NCBI GenBank assembly: GCA_039189765.1
Contig: JBCCYL010000005.1
Coordinates: forward strand, 102,800-166,799
Source: Cyanobacteria bacterium P01_F01_bin.150
GTDB lineage: Bacteria > Cyanobacteriota > Cyanobacteriia > CAKZMO01
DNA: 64,000 nucleotides
Reading direction: 5' to 3'
Shown here piece by piece: positions 46,431 through 57,128 of this stretch. Below the pieces are notes generated by a model. It had not been told where the DNA came from and ran no database searches. It saw nothing but the letters and a program-made list of their open reading frames with translations. Numbering within the stretch: the first letter of the stretch is position 1; each line of letters begins with the position of its first letter. Made by a program: the position numbers and the translations under genes.

Positions 46431-47210
46431 TTACTCTTTTCTTGTTGAGAGTTCAGCTTCAATCATGCGTAGAGCAAGGAGGAGTTCGGCAAACATGCGC
46501 TGGAATGCATAGTACCATCCTCGCCAGCCGTCGAAAAGGCCGCCTTTAAGAATAAGACAGTAAAGCAGAATAACAAAGGGGGCCAGGATTTTTGTTTTGC
46601 GAATGCGATCGCCCCAACTCAACTCATCAACAGCCTTTTCCCGAAGCTTTTTAACCTCAAGAAGCATATAGCGATCTTGTGCCCATATCCACCGACTGAG
46701 AGGTTTGCGATCATCGTGGTAAATAGGATGCGTTAGACAGTCAGATTCACCTCGTACTTCCAGAAGTTGAGTATGACCATCATCGACATAGCGCGATCGT
46801 GTTTTTCGAAAAAGAGCCTGACGAGGAGGAAGTATGGTTCCGCGTAGGGGCTTACCGGCCACACAGTACTTGAAAGCAATAAAATATCCATCAACCTCAA
46901 TAGATGGAGAAGGAGCCAGTTGTTTTAGTTCGCTAATAAGTTCATCTGATAGAACATAGTCGGCATCAAGAGACAGTACCCATTCAGTCCTAACTTGATC
47001 AATGCCATAGTTCCATTGGTTTGCATGAGTATCAAATTTACGCTGAAATATTTCAACCTGAGGATAGCATTGAAGTATGTCTAAAGTACTGTCACTACTT
47101 TGACTATCAATGACCACAATCCGATTTGCCCAAATTAATTGACTAAGTGTGCGTTCAATGTTGGGTGATTCATTATAAGTGAGTATAACTGGTGTAATAT
47201 CTACAAGCAC
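46431..47210 (-). CDS. Glycosyltransferase family 2
   Basis: ITPVILTYNE..NI.RTL, VVIDS.S.D.T, EWVLSLDADY, DGHTQ, HDDRK. Confidence 0.92.
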   Translation of the reverse strand: MLVDITPVILTYNESPNIERTLSQLIWANRIVVIDSQSSDSTLDILQCYPQVEIFQRKFDTHANQWNYGIDQVRTEWVLSLDADYVLSDELISELKQLAPSPSIEVDGYFIAFKYCVAGKPLRGTILPPRQALFRKTRSRYVDDGHTQLLEVRGESDCLTHPIYHDDRKPLSRWIWAQDRYMLLEVKKLREKAVDELSWGDRIRKTKILAPFVILLYCLILKGGLFDGWRGWYYAFQRMFAELLLALRMIEAELSTRKE

Positions 47211-47224
47211 TATTTCCTGGCCTT

Positions 47225-48029
47225 TTAGTCTTTAATTGGTGCAGAAATACGAATAAACATCAATAGGAATTTTGCATAGAAAAATTGTTTAATTTTACTA
47301 ACTGGAATAGATATGTTAGTTATTGTGTAATTGTCGGGTATAAAATTTTCAATATCAAATTTAGATACCCAATGAATTGCATCTGAATCTCTGAACCAAG
47401 AAAGATGAAATACAGCAGGATCTAAATGTATTAAGAATTTAGGCTTAGAAAAAATTATTATCCGAAGTCTTATAGATATGATTGATAGCCCTAAAAAAAT
47501 CTTTTAATTTTTGATAAATGCTTTTCAGAAGGACTTATGTAGAAGGGAAATTCATATCGAGGAGATACAATAAAAATACTCCCCCCAGGCTTGAGAAGAA
47601 TCAGCAGATGTTGCAAAGTTGATTGAGGATCGGTGATATGTTCCCAAACAAATGTTGAGAATATAATGTCATAATTGTTGTCTACATCTTGAATTTTACC
47701 AATGTGAGCTGAGTCAGCTTCTTCCTTTAAGTAGTCAAAATTTACATACGTCACATCCTGAACATCATAGCTAACTTTAGATCTTAAATCACTTTCTAGA
47801 TGCCAGGAAAATCTTGTGCATCCCGCGCCAAATTCAAATATGCTACACGCACTATCTAAATTCATTACCTAACTGATTTCATGTACGATATGTTCCCAGA
47901 ATAGTGGCTTATAATTCGGCTATTTAAATACTGTATATTCAGATTATTTTTCATAAAATCATATATTTTTTATTAAAAATATGATTTTAGAGTCAGTCTC
48001 TGAAGTTAGTTAATTTTCCATTTCTGCAT
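47225..48029 (-). pseudogene. Degraded class I SAM-dependent methyltransferase
   Basis: FEFGAG and YDIIFSTFVWEHI.DP...L..LLKPGG motifs. In-frame stops upstream of 47865; frameshift at the A7 run 47493-47499, with coding-like sequence (DPAVFHLSWFRDSDAIHWVS) continuing in another frame to 47225. 5' boundary approximate. Confidence 0.75.
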
Positions 48030-48149
48030 GAATTTAACAGTATTTACGGCCTTGAATTTAAGCTATCTTTTCGGATAAATATCTACTACATAATCAATCT
48101 ATATTATAGGCATTTTATATTCATATTTAAACAATTTTTCAAGAATAAT

Positions 48150-49271
48150 TTATATAGGCAAGTTCTTAAATTCTTCAATATATAGTTTTGAAACGGATTC
48201 ATAGCTATAGGCTTGAGCTGTTCTAATAGAGCGTTCACGTTGTGAACTAATTAGCTTTTCATTATTCATACAATGATATAGAGTATTCGCTAAATTAATC
48301 TCTGCTTGAGAAGAACGGTGATTAAAGAAATGGCCATTTTTCCCATCATGTATAAAGTCCTTAAAGCATTGAAGATCTGAGACGACAGGTACCAATCCAC
48401 ATGCCATTGCTTCTAAGGGTGCAATTCCAAATGATTCTCCCTTCTCAGCAAGAGAAGGATAACAGAATATATCAGCTCTTTGATACTCTTGTGCAAGAAT
48501 ACTTGTATCAAAAATTGGTTCAATAAACTCAACTATACCCTTACATTTTTGTATTTTAGATTTTAATAATTTGAAGTAATTAACACCACCACCGCCTTGA
48601 TCTTGTCTATAGGGACCAATAATTCTTAGTTTTATATTTCGTGATTTTTGGCTTAGATATTGAAAGGCATCAATTAAAATATGAATACCCTTCTCAGGAT
48701 GAATTCTTCCAACATAAAGAACAATCTTTGACTCACGTTTGGCTTTAAATTCGGGTCTAAAAGCTGCTGTATCAATAGGATTTGGAATAACTCGAATTTT
48801 TGACTCTAAAGCAGGACATTGCTTAATAATTTCCTGTTGAACAGCACTAGATGCTGCTGCAAATAACGTAGTCTTCTGATAAAGAGCGTATTGCCCTTTT
48901 GGAAAACGATTTGAATTAATAATAATCTTACCGGCTTTTTTACGAAGAGCCGCAAAAACAGGAAGCCAAAAATCATTGATAATCAGGACGTCAGCTTCAG
49001 GCAATGTTGGTGTTAGGCATGCAGCATACATTAAATCCTTTAGCAAGTCTAGCTGAATATGTGTACTTTGAGGTAATCCTCCCCATCTAATATATTCAAC
49101 TCCTTTTATGGCTTCTCGATCTTTTTGTCCTTTATACGAACGACATAAGACTTTTACCTCATGTCCGGAAGCTGCAAATTGCTCTGCAAGCCCATGCCAA
49201 ATCCTGGGGATGGCACCTCCCTGTAAGGCTGGAACAGGTAACCATGGTCCTGTCGCAATAGAAATCTTCAT
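48150..49271 (-). CDS. Glycosyltransferase family 4
   Basis: VIPNPID, LYVGRIHPEKG, YPS...ESFGIAPLEAMACG. Confidence 0.93.
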   Translation of the reverse strand: MKISIATGPWLPVPALQGGAIPRIWHGLAEQFAASGHEVKVLCRSYKGQKDREAIKGVEYIRWGGLPQSTHIQLDLLKDLMYAACLTPTLPEADVLIINDFWLPVFAALRKKAGKIIINSNRFPKGQYALYQKTTLFAAASSAVQQEIIKQCPALESKIRVIPNPIDTAAFRPEFKAKRESKIVLYVGRIHPEKGIHILIDAFQYLSQKSRNIKLRIIGPYRQDQGGGGVNYFKLLKSKIQKCKGIVEFIEPIFDTSILAQEYQRADIFCYPSLAEKGESFGIAPLEAMACGLVPVVSDLQCFKDFIHDGKNGHFFNHRSSQAEINLANTLYHCMNNEKLISSQRERSIRTAQAYSYESVSKLYIEEFKNLPI

Positions 49272-49288
49272 AATTTTAGACTAAGCAA

Positions 49289-50494
49289 TTAAGTATGATC
49301 AATATAGTCAGGTTTATCTCCACCTTTTAGTATCCAGTTGTAGAAATATGCCATGTCTCTGGCAATTGAATTCCAAGAATATTTATCCTTAATCAGTTCC
49401 TGACCTCGCTTGCCCATTATGTATCTTTGTTCCTTTGGTAGTTGCATTGCCTCTACCAAGGTATCGGCTAACTCAGCTTGTGTTTTATTAATCCACCAGC
49501 CACATTTGTTTATTTCCAAGTCTTGCCAAGGTGCTCCCTTTGTTGTGATGGCGGGAACCCCGTAAGATAAGGACTCAGCGATCGCAATTCCAAAATTCTC
49601 TGAATACGTTGGTAACACAAATAAATCAGAGTTATGCAATGCGGATATTTTCTTATCTCCTGTTAACATTCCTGTGAATGTAACACTTTTATCAAGGGAA
49701 TAACTCTTGGTTAATTTTTCTAATTTATTTCTATAATTTTGCCAGTCTGGACCTGCAATAATTAGGTGCCAGTCTGAAAATTTAGGTGAAATTAGTTTCC
49801 AAACCTCTAATAAATCTTCTAGACCTTTTTTAGGATGCAATCGAGAAAGAAAGAGAAGCCAGTTAGGGCTGCTTAGCTGTGGAAACTCTTTAAATAAAAT
49901 ATCTCGTTCCGGCTTTTCATTGTTACCTGGTAAAGCGACTCCATCTGAGATCAAGGCAATCGGTTGTTTAAATCCAGCTTGGCGAATGGATGCCACCTCG
50001 CTTTGAGATGTTGCATGAAAAGCTGTTACACAATCTAAGTTCTTATACTCATACAACCACCAGGCTAATCCCTTTTTCAATCGAGATCGTTTCCGTGACC
50101 AGGTTTCTAGCATGCCTCTTGGGGATGTAATCAGAGGGAGATCGTTACAGATTGAGGCTTGCCGTGCGTAAAGATTAGGAAACATCCAAAGGCCATGATT
50201 GTGCAGTAGATCTAAATTTTTAGATAGGTTAGTGAGTTGATTGCCTGCATAGGGTTGGAAGCCTCTAAAATTTTTTGTTAGGAACGTCGCAGGATAACTG
50301 TGAACTACAACATCTTGGGGCAATAGTTGAGAACCACAATTCGTATAATCTAAGGTGAATATTTGGGAATCTAATGGCGTTTTCTTTAGTGCTCCTGCTA
50401 AAGAAGATATTGCTGTAGCTGTCCCACCTGTATCTTCATTAAGGCTAGCCACAACCTGGCAAACACTGATCTGTTTATTATGTAAATCAGTCAT
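49289..50494 (-). CDS. Glycosyltransferase family 4
   Basis: HNHGLW, SPRGML, LFLSRLHPKKG, LPTYSENFGIAIAESL. Confidence 0.93.
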   Translation of the reverse strand: MTDLHNKQISVCQVVASLNEDTGGTATAISSLAGALKKTPLDSQIFTLDYTNCGSQLLPQDVVVHSYPATFLTKNFRGFQPYAGNQLTNLSKNLDLLHNHGLWMFPNLYARQASICNDLPLITSPRGMLETWSRKRSRLKKGLAWWLYEYKNLDCVTAFHATSQSEVASIRQAGFKQPIALISDGVALPGNNEKPERDILFKEFPQLSSPNWLLFLSRLHPKKGLEDLLEVWKLISPKFSDWHLIIAGPDWQNYRNKLEKLTKSYSLDKSVTFTGMLTGDKKISALHNSDLFVLPTYSENFGIAIAESLSYGVPAITTKGAPWQDLEINKCGWWINKTQAELADTLVEAMQLPKEQRYIMGKRGQELIKDKYSWNSIARDMAYFYNWILKGGDKPDYIDHT

Positions 50495-51881
50495 AGACTT
50501 CTAATTTCTGTTCACCTGTGAACATCTTTGCATAAGGGTTAGAATTTTGAATTAAGTACTGAGAAGATAAATCTCTGGTGGCATGATACAGATCAATCAA
50601 ATATTGCCCTAAGGATAAATAAATGAAAAGGGCAATTAAAGGGAAAGTAAGGGTTCCCAAGAGAAATCCTTCAAAAATGCTGCCTACTATTAGAGAGAGT
50701 AATCCTGCCACTATCGTGTTACAATGAAACACATAGGTCGGATATTTTTTACCCATTTTAGTAAGCTGATATATCATCTGAAAACAGCTTAAGCTAAATA
50801 GAATTAGAGGAATAAGTCCAACGCTTCCTAAACTTGCGGCAACGGCTAGCCAGGAGTTCTCTCCAGGAATAAAGCGATCGCCCCTCAACGGAACACCGAA
50901 AATAGGATATTGATTAAATCCTCGCAACTGGGCGGCCCAAACCCCAGCCCTTGTGTTGTCAATATTAAAAAGCTGGTCATCTATAGCACCTGTACCTACA
51001 GAAAATGACGTATCGCCAAACATCATAATGGCAATGGGTAAGATAACAGCCATGCATAAGCCCAAGTGTAGTAAAGCTCTTTGTCGTTGTCTATAAAAAA
51101 GGATAACTGACACTATTCCCATTAATGCACCAGTTCTTGATGCGGTTAGAAATAGAGCATAAAAGACTGCGATTAAAGCCATTATCCAAATAGATTTGGT
51201 TTTCCATGCTGTATGTTTTTCGATAAGAAATAGCAAACAAGGAACAGTCGTTGCTAGAAGGGTGGCAGCATGCTGTGGATTACCCGTTGTGCCTAAAAAA
51301 GCATCCTGCACAAAGGTAATGGGATAGGGGTCAAAGAGAGCTTGATAAGAATTGGTAAGGATAAAAATAATCCCGACTACGGCAATGCTCCAGATCGCTA
51401 AATCAAACGTTGCATCATTCTGTAACCAACGACTGGGGCCAAGGCGAATCATAAGGACAACGCCGGTAAAAGTAATAATTGCTAAAAAGGCAAGCGTAAT
51501 GCTGCCTGATCCTAGGGTTTTTAAGAAAAGCAGCAGTTGAATAGCGGCAATACATCCGATGGGGGCTGGCATTAGATGTCGTCGCCAGCTAGGCTGTTTG
51601 GGTAGGCCAATTCCCAGCCATAGTAGAATGCCTAGGAGCAAAATAGTCAGGGGACGACCTGAGGAACGAAGCTGTTGGAGAGGAAAGACTAGTGCAGGTG
51701 CTTCAAGCGTAAATTCATCTCGAAATTCAGCAAGGGAAGCGGTAAAACAGCAAGCCGCTACCAAGAACCAGACCAGTTTGGGCGATCGCTTCGCCTTGGA
51801 CAAAATAAATGGAATAGCAATCAGTCCGACTAAGCCCAAAGGGCTAGCGACTAAGTTAAGAAGTTGACCGAAAAATCCCAC
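50487..51881 (-). CDS. O-antigen ligase/Wzy-like polymerase membrane protein
   Basis: ~10-12 hydrophobic segments; GTTGNPQ, LTASRTG, TRAGVW, PIFG, ENSWL. Confidence 0.75.
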   Translation of the reverse strand: MGFFGQLLNLVASPLGLVGLIAIPFILSKAKRSPKLVWFLVAACCFTASLAEFRDEFTLEAPALVFPLQQLRSSGRPLTILLLGILLWLGIGLPKQPSWRRHLMPAPIGCIAAIQLLLFLKTLGSGSITLAFLAIITFTGVVLMIRLGPSRWLQNDATFDLAIWSIAVVGIIFILTNSYQALFDPYPITFVQDAFLGTTGNPQHAATLLATTVPCLLFLIEKHTAWKTKSIWIMALIAVFYALFLTASRTGALMGIVSVILFYRQRQRALLHLGLCMAVILPIAIMMFGDTSFSVGTGAIDDQLFNIDNTRAGVWAAQLRGFNQYPIFGVPLRGDRFIPGENSWLAVAASLGSVGLIPLILFSLSCFQMIYQLTKMGKKYPTYVFHCNTIVAGLLSLIVGSIFEGFLLGTLTFPLIALFIYLSLGQYLIDLYHATRDLSSQYLIQNSNPYAKMFTGEQKLEVYD

Positions 51882-51898
51882 CGTAGCTTGCTTCCTTG

Positions 51899-53020
51899 TT
51901 AACGTGACAGTATGGACATTGCCAGATCTTTCGTCGGCATTGCATCGTAATCAGGGGAATTTCCAGAAACCTCGTATAGGAGATGACGCCATCGCTTTAC
52001 CCACGCTTTGGTTGAGTATGGTGCGGCAAGCTGCTGCGATCGCGCTCCCCATACGGGCAAATCACCATAGCAGTTGTGGATATTAATAAGAGCAGCGGTC
52101 AGAGCCGAAATATTGTTGTCTGCAATTGGCAGACCGTTATACCAAGGGCGGACGACTTCCACAGACGAGCCACAGACTTCTGTGCAAACAATAGGTAACC
52201 CTGCTGCAGCTGCTTCAACGATGGCTAGAGGCCAAGGATCAAAGCGGCTGGGCATAATAAAAGCCCCAGCGTTTTGCCAAATGGTTGGCATATCAGTAGG
52301 CTGTACAAAACCCAAATTTTTGATGCCTGCTTGGTTTACCAAGAGCCTGTCTAAATCGCCTTTACCACAGCAGGTAAGCGACCATGGGTCAGACACTTGG
52401 GTCCGGTACTCTTGGTAGGCAGAAACCAGGACATCAATTGCCTTGACCGTAGCATAGCGCCCGACAAACAAAAAAGAACGGGGCCAGGGAGACTGCTGTC
52501 TTTTTTCTAGTAGAGAAGACCAGGTATCGTAGTCAATGCCATAAAGCCCTCGCATAATGCGATCGGTGGATATTCCTAAACGACGGGCATATTGCCAACT
52601 GCGCTCTCCCGTTACAACGACTCGATCAATTTTGCGAAGGTAGGATCGTAGAAGCAATGGGGCAAGCTGTTGTTTCCAGGTTCCCCACCAAGGCGTATCC
52701 ATCCCCATAATAAACTTTGTGTGCTTCAGAGCCTTGAGGGTCGTAAGCTTGCAGTAGGGCGGGTGTAGCCAGCCACATAGCACCACAATATCGGGCTGTT
52801 GCTCACGGACGGTTTGTTGAATTAGGGCTTGATTCTGCTGTTCTTGAGCGTCTAAAAGCCGACAGGGAATGCCTGCCATTAAATTATCAGCAAAAGCTGT
52901 TTGGGTGCGGGCTTGAAATGCTACAACAAAGACATCGACGTCTGGAAGCTGGTGGAGCGATCGCCAACAAGCAGCCATATAGCCAGAAATGTCGGACCAA
53001 CAAAAAACAATTTTTATCAC
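51899..53020 (-). CDS. Glycosyltransferase family 4
   Basis: FLFVGR...K, LGFVQP, MPSRFDPWPLAIVEAAAAGLP. Confidence 0.9.
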   Translation of the reverse strand: MIKIVFCWSDISGYMAACWRSLHQLPDVDVFVVAFQARTQTAFADNLMAGIPCRLLDAQEQQNQALIQQTVREQQPDIVVLCGWLHPPYCKLTTLKALKHTKFIMGMDTPWWGTWKQQLAPLLLRSYLRKIDRVVVTGERSWQYARRLGISTDRIMRGLYGIDYDTWSSLLEKRQQSPWPRSFLFVGRYATVKAIDVLVSAYQEYRTQVSDPWSLTCCGKGDLDRLLVNQAGIKNLGFVQPTDMPTIWQNAGAFIMPSRFDPWPLAIVEAAAAGLPIVCTEVCGSSVEVVRPWYNGLPIADNNISALTAALINIHNCYGDLPVWGARSQQLAAPYSTKAWVKRWRHLLYEVSGNSPDYDAMPTKDLAMSILSR

Positions 53021-53051
53021 AGCTAGACTGGTAAATCACGTCAGATAATCA

Positions 53052-54179
53052 TTAAGCAAACTGATGCAACGCTGTGAGTACTCGGTCAACAGAGGCTGAC
53101 CATGTGTAACCAGCAACATGCTTTTGGCCACGCTCAACATAACTGTGCCGGAGTGCGCTGTTGGTAGCTAGCTCTATCAATGTATCTGCAATATGTTGGG
53201 GTTGTTCTGGATCAACAACAATGCCAGCATTCCCAACCACCTCGGGTAAAGATGCGCAATTGGATACAACGGCTGGAACTCCGGTGGCCATCGCTTCCAA
53301 GGCGGGAATGCCAAAGCCTTCATATAGAGAAAGAAATAATAGGCAAACAGAACGACGAAGTAGGCGTGGTAAATCTTCGTCAGGGACAACTCCAAGCAGA
53401 GTGATATTTGGATAGTCTTTGGCTGCGTCTACATAGTCTGGATCGGAACTACCTGCAATAACAATCTGGATATCACTATTTTGTTGTCGTAAACATTTGG
53501 CCACTTGCAGAAAATGATCGCCCCCCTTTTTCTGGCGAAGGCCACCGATCATAAATACATAGGGTGCATCAACGGGAGATGGTAAGGTTTCCGGTGGAGT
53601 AGTCGCAATATTGTAGAAAGATGGCTCAACTCCACAGCCGATGTTCACAATTTTCTCAGGGTTAGCCCCTAGCAGCGTGACCATGCGCTGTTTTGAAAAT
53701 TCTGAGATTGTAAACACAATTCGAGAATGGTCAATAGCGCGGCGAACCCATCGTCCCCATTTGTAACGAAACCAACGATGTTGCCAACTTTGAGACCAAG
53801 GAAGATTAGACTCAAAAGCTTGAATATCATATATGGTTATGGCCACTGGACATTTCGCTACAGGAAAATATGTTTCCATTGGGGCAAAAAGCCAATCTGT
53901 TGAATTGGCAATATACTTATCCATTCGAGGATAACCGACTAACTTCCATAGCCGCTCAGTTCGATTTTCAGGCATAGGAAAAGTGCGAAAGGGGATAGCC
54001 TTTATTGGACAATTATTAGGAAGTTTATTGTCTAATTCAAGCCACTGCTTAGAAAAAAGGAGAGTAACTTTAACATCTTGGTTATTAGAAATACCTAGTA
54101 AAGTATTATTAATATGTCGTCCAGCGCCAGTACAAGGTAAAAATGTTCTCACTGGATGAACATAAGCCGTTATTTCCAC
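53052..54179 (-). CDS. Glycosyltransferase family 4 (mannosyltransferase-like)
   Basis: TIYD, TISEFSK, LSLYEGFGIPALEAMATG.P...SN.ASLPEV. Confidence 0.92.
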   Translation of the reverse strand: MEITAYVHPVRTFLPCTGAGRHINNTLLGISNNQDVKVTLLFSKQWLELDNKLPNNCPIKAIPFRTFPMPENRTERLWKLVGYPRMDKYIANSTDWLFAPMETYFPVAKCPVAITIYDIQAFESNLPWSQSWQHRWFRYKWGRWVRRAIDHSRIVFTISEFSKQRMVTLLGANPEKIVNIGCGVEPSFYNIATTPPETLPSPVDAPYVFMIGGLRQKKGGDHFLQVAKCLRQQNSDIQIVIAGSSDPDYVDAAKDYPNITLLGVVPDEDLPRLLRRSVCLLFLSLYEGFGIPALEAMATGVPAVVSNCASLPEVVGNAGIVVDPEQPQHIADTLIELATNSALRHSYVERGQKHVAGYTWSASVDRVLTALHQFA

Positions 54180-54239
54180 AATTTTTAGATTATAAGAATA
54201 AACTACATAGATCTATAAATTAATCTGGCAAGAGTCTAA

Positions 54240-54467
54240 TGATGTTGTGGAGCGTCCGTGCCGTGTGTGTTTAGCGTGTCGGCTAGACCCACCCCTAGCC
54301 CCTCCCAGGAGGGGAACGTGTCACTAGCGAGAACATTTGACTCACCATTTGCTGTAAATATTCGGCAGTCTTTTTCCGCAACTGTCCAATTCCCCCTCTT
54401 GAGAGAGGGCTAGGGGCTGTGTTTGTTGGGATGATGCTAAACACATACTCCACAACCCACAACATCA
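54240..54467. repeat. Nested inverted-repeat element (REPIN/MITE-like)
   Basis: Three nested arm pairs: TGATGTTGTGG/CCACAACATCA, TGTGTTTAGC/GCTAAACACA and CCCCTAGCCC/GGGCTAGGGG. Confidence 0.75.
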
Positions 54468-54507
54468 CCTCAAAATCATTTATAAAGGTAAACTTAATAA
54501 CTATTTT

Positions 54508-55482
54508 CTAAATACTTAAAATATTTCTTAACCTATGATAGGTACAATTGATATTGCGATTTTTTCTGAGCTTGTCAATCGGTATGATTAAAACTAGTCC
54601 TATTAATGTAGAAATCGTGTTTGCGACAGAGAGAATAGCTGACTTCTTCTTCCAGTAAAATTTTTTAAATAGCTTAAAGTGAGGCATTATACTGCTTAGC
54701 TTATATCCTGCCCAGTGAATTAAAATTACTTGTTTGTTGTGATCCTGGCCACCATAATCCCATCTAAAATACTTCTTATTCTCACAATAAATTTGGCCTG
54801 ACTGTCTTGCCCAACCACTATGGCAAGTATTACCTAGTACCTCTGCTGCATGGCCATATCGTACAGGTTTAGCATCACAGCAATAGTTAATAAATGCCTG
54901 ATCGGTATTGCGAGGATTGAGTTGTTGTCTCACCTCAAGGGCTTCGTTAGCTAGTATTACAAATTCTTCAAGAGAGAACAGACCTTTTCGGGAAGCCCAA
55001 AGACCTGAAAGAAATCCTCTTGCTTTTCCTTGCCGTAACAGCTCTTGTCGCAGTTCTCCTGGTTCATAGACTTGATTAAGAGCACAGTCAAAATGGATCA
55101 ACTCGAAGTCATGTACATCCAATGCCTGAATAATCGGCTTAAGGTCTGCCAACACTACTTGACGCGCATCAAGATACATAAACCGATCACACGGTCCCCA
55201 AAATGCTGCATATCGGCGAAACCAATATGGTCCAGTGGGGGTGTGCCCCAGCTCGAATGCCTCTCCAATTGCTTCTAGTCGCTCAAAAGAAGGGTCTGTG
55301 TAAACCTCAAAATTGTAAGTTTCCTGAAGTTCGAGGAGGCGATCGCACTGATTATTAAACGGAATCAGAAGCAATCGTAGATCTGGGTTGAACTCCCGAA
55401 AGCTATTGAGGAAAGCGATCGCCCAATCATACACAGCATCATTTGCGGAAAAATAAACCCCCATAGATAGTGACTTTGACAT
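54508..55482 (-). CDS. GT-A fold (GT8-like; Npun_R2821/R2822-like) sugar transferase
   Basis: GVYFSANDAVYD..IAFLNS, IPFN, RRYAAFWGP.DRFMYLDA, TDQAFINY, LIHWAG. Confidence 0.7.
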   Translation of the reverse strand: MSKSLSMGVYFSANDAVYDWAIAFLNSFREFNPDLRLLLIPFNNQCDRLLELQETYNFEVYTDPSFERLEAIGEAFELGHTPTGPYWFRRYAAFWGPCDRFMYLDARQVVLADLKPIIQALDVHDFELIHFDCALNQVYEPGELRQELLRQGKARGFLSGLWASRKGLFSLEEFVILANEALEVRQQLNPRNTDQAFINYCCDAKPVRYGHAAEVLGNTCHSGWARQSGQIYCENKKYFRWDYGGQDHNKQVILIHWAGYKLSSIMPHFKLFKKFYWKKKSAILSVANTISTLIGLVLIIPIDKLRKNRNINCTYHRLRNILSI

Positions 55483-55549
55483 CTTTATTTTTTCCTTTTG
55501 GATCAATTTCTTCCCTATCTAAAAACGTTGAACGGAACTGATTTAAGCC
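55342..55549. repeat. ~205-bp diverged direct repeat, copy 1 (partner 57934-58138)
   Basis: Shared e.g. AGAAGCAATCGTAGATCT.GGTTGAACTC, AAGCTATTGAGGAAAGCGATCGCC, CCCATAGATAGTGA, CAATTTCTTCCCTATC, AAACGTTGA, TTTAAGCC. Confidence 0.9.
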
Positions 55550-55569
55550 GCCATTAGTATCTCGACACC

Positions 55570-55930
55570 CCCATTATGTTCGTTGGGTTCCACAATAATT
55601 CCTGCATCAGCGACAATACTAATATTATGTTTGATTTCCTAAAGGCGCTTGGCAATAGTATGCATATTATCAGTACCTTTCTTGTAGCGCAAACCACTAA
55701 TAATTATTGCATAGGGCTGTTTGATAGGAGTATGAAGTTGAGTTGGATCTACAGATACAATAGCGAAAAAAAGTCTGCTCAATGTCATTGCCCACCACCA
55801 CAACTTTTGTGAAGTCAGCGTTGAGGAGGAAGTAGTCATCCTTTATGGGACTGTCCAACAGTTTCCAGTGACGCTCAGTTGGATTCTCATCTGTAGGAAA
55901 CATATGTATGGAGAATTCTTTCAAAGAACA
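55570..55930 (-). pseudogene. Frameshifted gene remnant, unknown function
   Basis: Protein-like segments in successive frames (FPTDENPTERHWKLLDSP; VDPTQLHTPIKQP..SGLRYKKG; IVADAGIIVEPN) broken by shifts and stops. Confidence 0.45.
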
Positions 55931-56104
55931 GCGAGAATCAAGTTTTTTATCTTACCCGATCTATTGTAACGTGAGGTTGATCGTGTTGTTCTATTGCATC
56001 TGACTAAGGTCTAGTTGATATGACGACCTATACCTGTGCAGGGGAAGTAGGTTTAAGTAGGGTGAGTGTAAGGATATAACTTTCAAAGGAAGTTCCATAC
56101 CTAG

Positions 56105-57061
56105 TTAGACTTTACCTATCAAAGCTTTAATTTTCTCTTTGACGTATCTATTAGTATATCCTTTCTGAACAATTTCAAAAAATATATTTCTATGAATATA
56201 ATCTGAGAATTGGTCACGTTGTGATTGTATATAATTGCAAGTATTTATTATCCAGTCAAACCCACCTTCTAATGAGAATTTTTTTTCCCAAATTTCTCTC
56301 GCAGTTTGTCCCATCATTTCAGACTTATCTTCTAAAGATTCAAGAATATCAGGAATTAGATGAATATCTTTTTCTGATATTCTAACTGAAAATTCTTCCC
56401 AATCAATACCTATAAGGGGATACCACTCATCTGAAATAATAACAGGAACGCGACCTGATCGCATTGTTTCAAAAACTCTAAATGATGAAGGTGAAATACC
56501 TCTAGGGCAGAGAATAAATTTACTATCATGCATGATTTCCACATATGTGGACTCTAAAGATGTTTTATAGCTGCTATTATCTTTCACAAAGCCTCGGGGA
56601 TGCTGTAAATTTATTACCTTTTCTCGGATAGTTTTATAGTTGGATACATTTCCTACAAAAGAATAGAGATAGCGTGCATTATCAAGGGGCTTGCTCAAAT
56701 CAAGCATATTGTTGTTGATGACCCGAGGATAAAATCCATATTGATAAATTGGAATATCATGTAGATGCTTAGGTATGGTCATATAAAGTCCTGGCAAGCT
56801 GGGCATCGGCGCATCATGAAAATCTAATACTAGTGATTTTTGATAATTTTTACGAAATAAATCAGTCAGCAATATGTCTGATTTAAAGACAGCTCTTGAA
56901 CTTATAAAAAGAAGCAGTTCTGCCTCTTCTACATTACTTACCCGAGAATGTTGATTTGAGTTTGAGAGTTCAGCAATCTTTGATATATAATTATAATTAC
57001 ATAAAGCAAATGGATTGAAGCTTGTCTCTTTTGCTGTTGTTAATATAAAAACTTTTGTCAT
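56105..57061 (-). CDS. Exostosin family (GT47-like) protein
   Basis: YLYSFVG, Y..IM.DSKFILCPRG..PSSFRVFETM..GRVPVIISD.W.P...IDW..FSVRI.E. Confidence 0.9.
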   Translation of the reverse strand: MTKVFILTTAKETSFNPFALCNYNYISKIAELSNSNQHSRVSNVEEAELLLFISSRAVFKSDILLTDLFRKNYQKSLVLDFHDAPMPSLPGLYMTIPKHLHDIPIYQYGFYPRVINNNMLDLSKPLDNARYLYSFVGNVSNYKTIREKVINLQHPRGFVKDNSSYKTSLESTYVEIMHDSKFILCPRGISPSSFRVFETMRSGRVPVIISDEWYPLIGIDWEEFSVRISEKDIHLIPDILESLEDKSEMMGQTAREIWEKKFSLEGGFDWIINTCNYIQSQRDQFSDYIHRNIFFEIVQKGYTNRYVKEKIKALIGKV

Positions 57062-57128
57062 AGAAAAGTATATCCTTTTTAAATATGATTAAGTTTCTGC
57101 ATTAAAATAGTTTGATAACTGATTAATT

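Noticed and set aside
47493..47499. Phase-variable homopolymer switch
   Set aside because: Additional upstream stops mean that slippage alone would not restore the full gene.
55570..55930. IS630 transposase fragment (NPTERHWK resembles NPIE..W)
   Set aside because: No other DDE motifs or terminal repeats; left as an unknown remnant.
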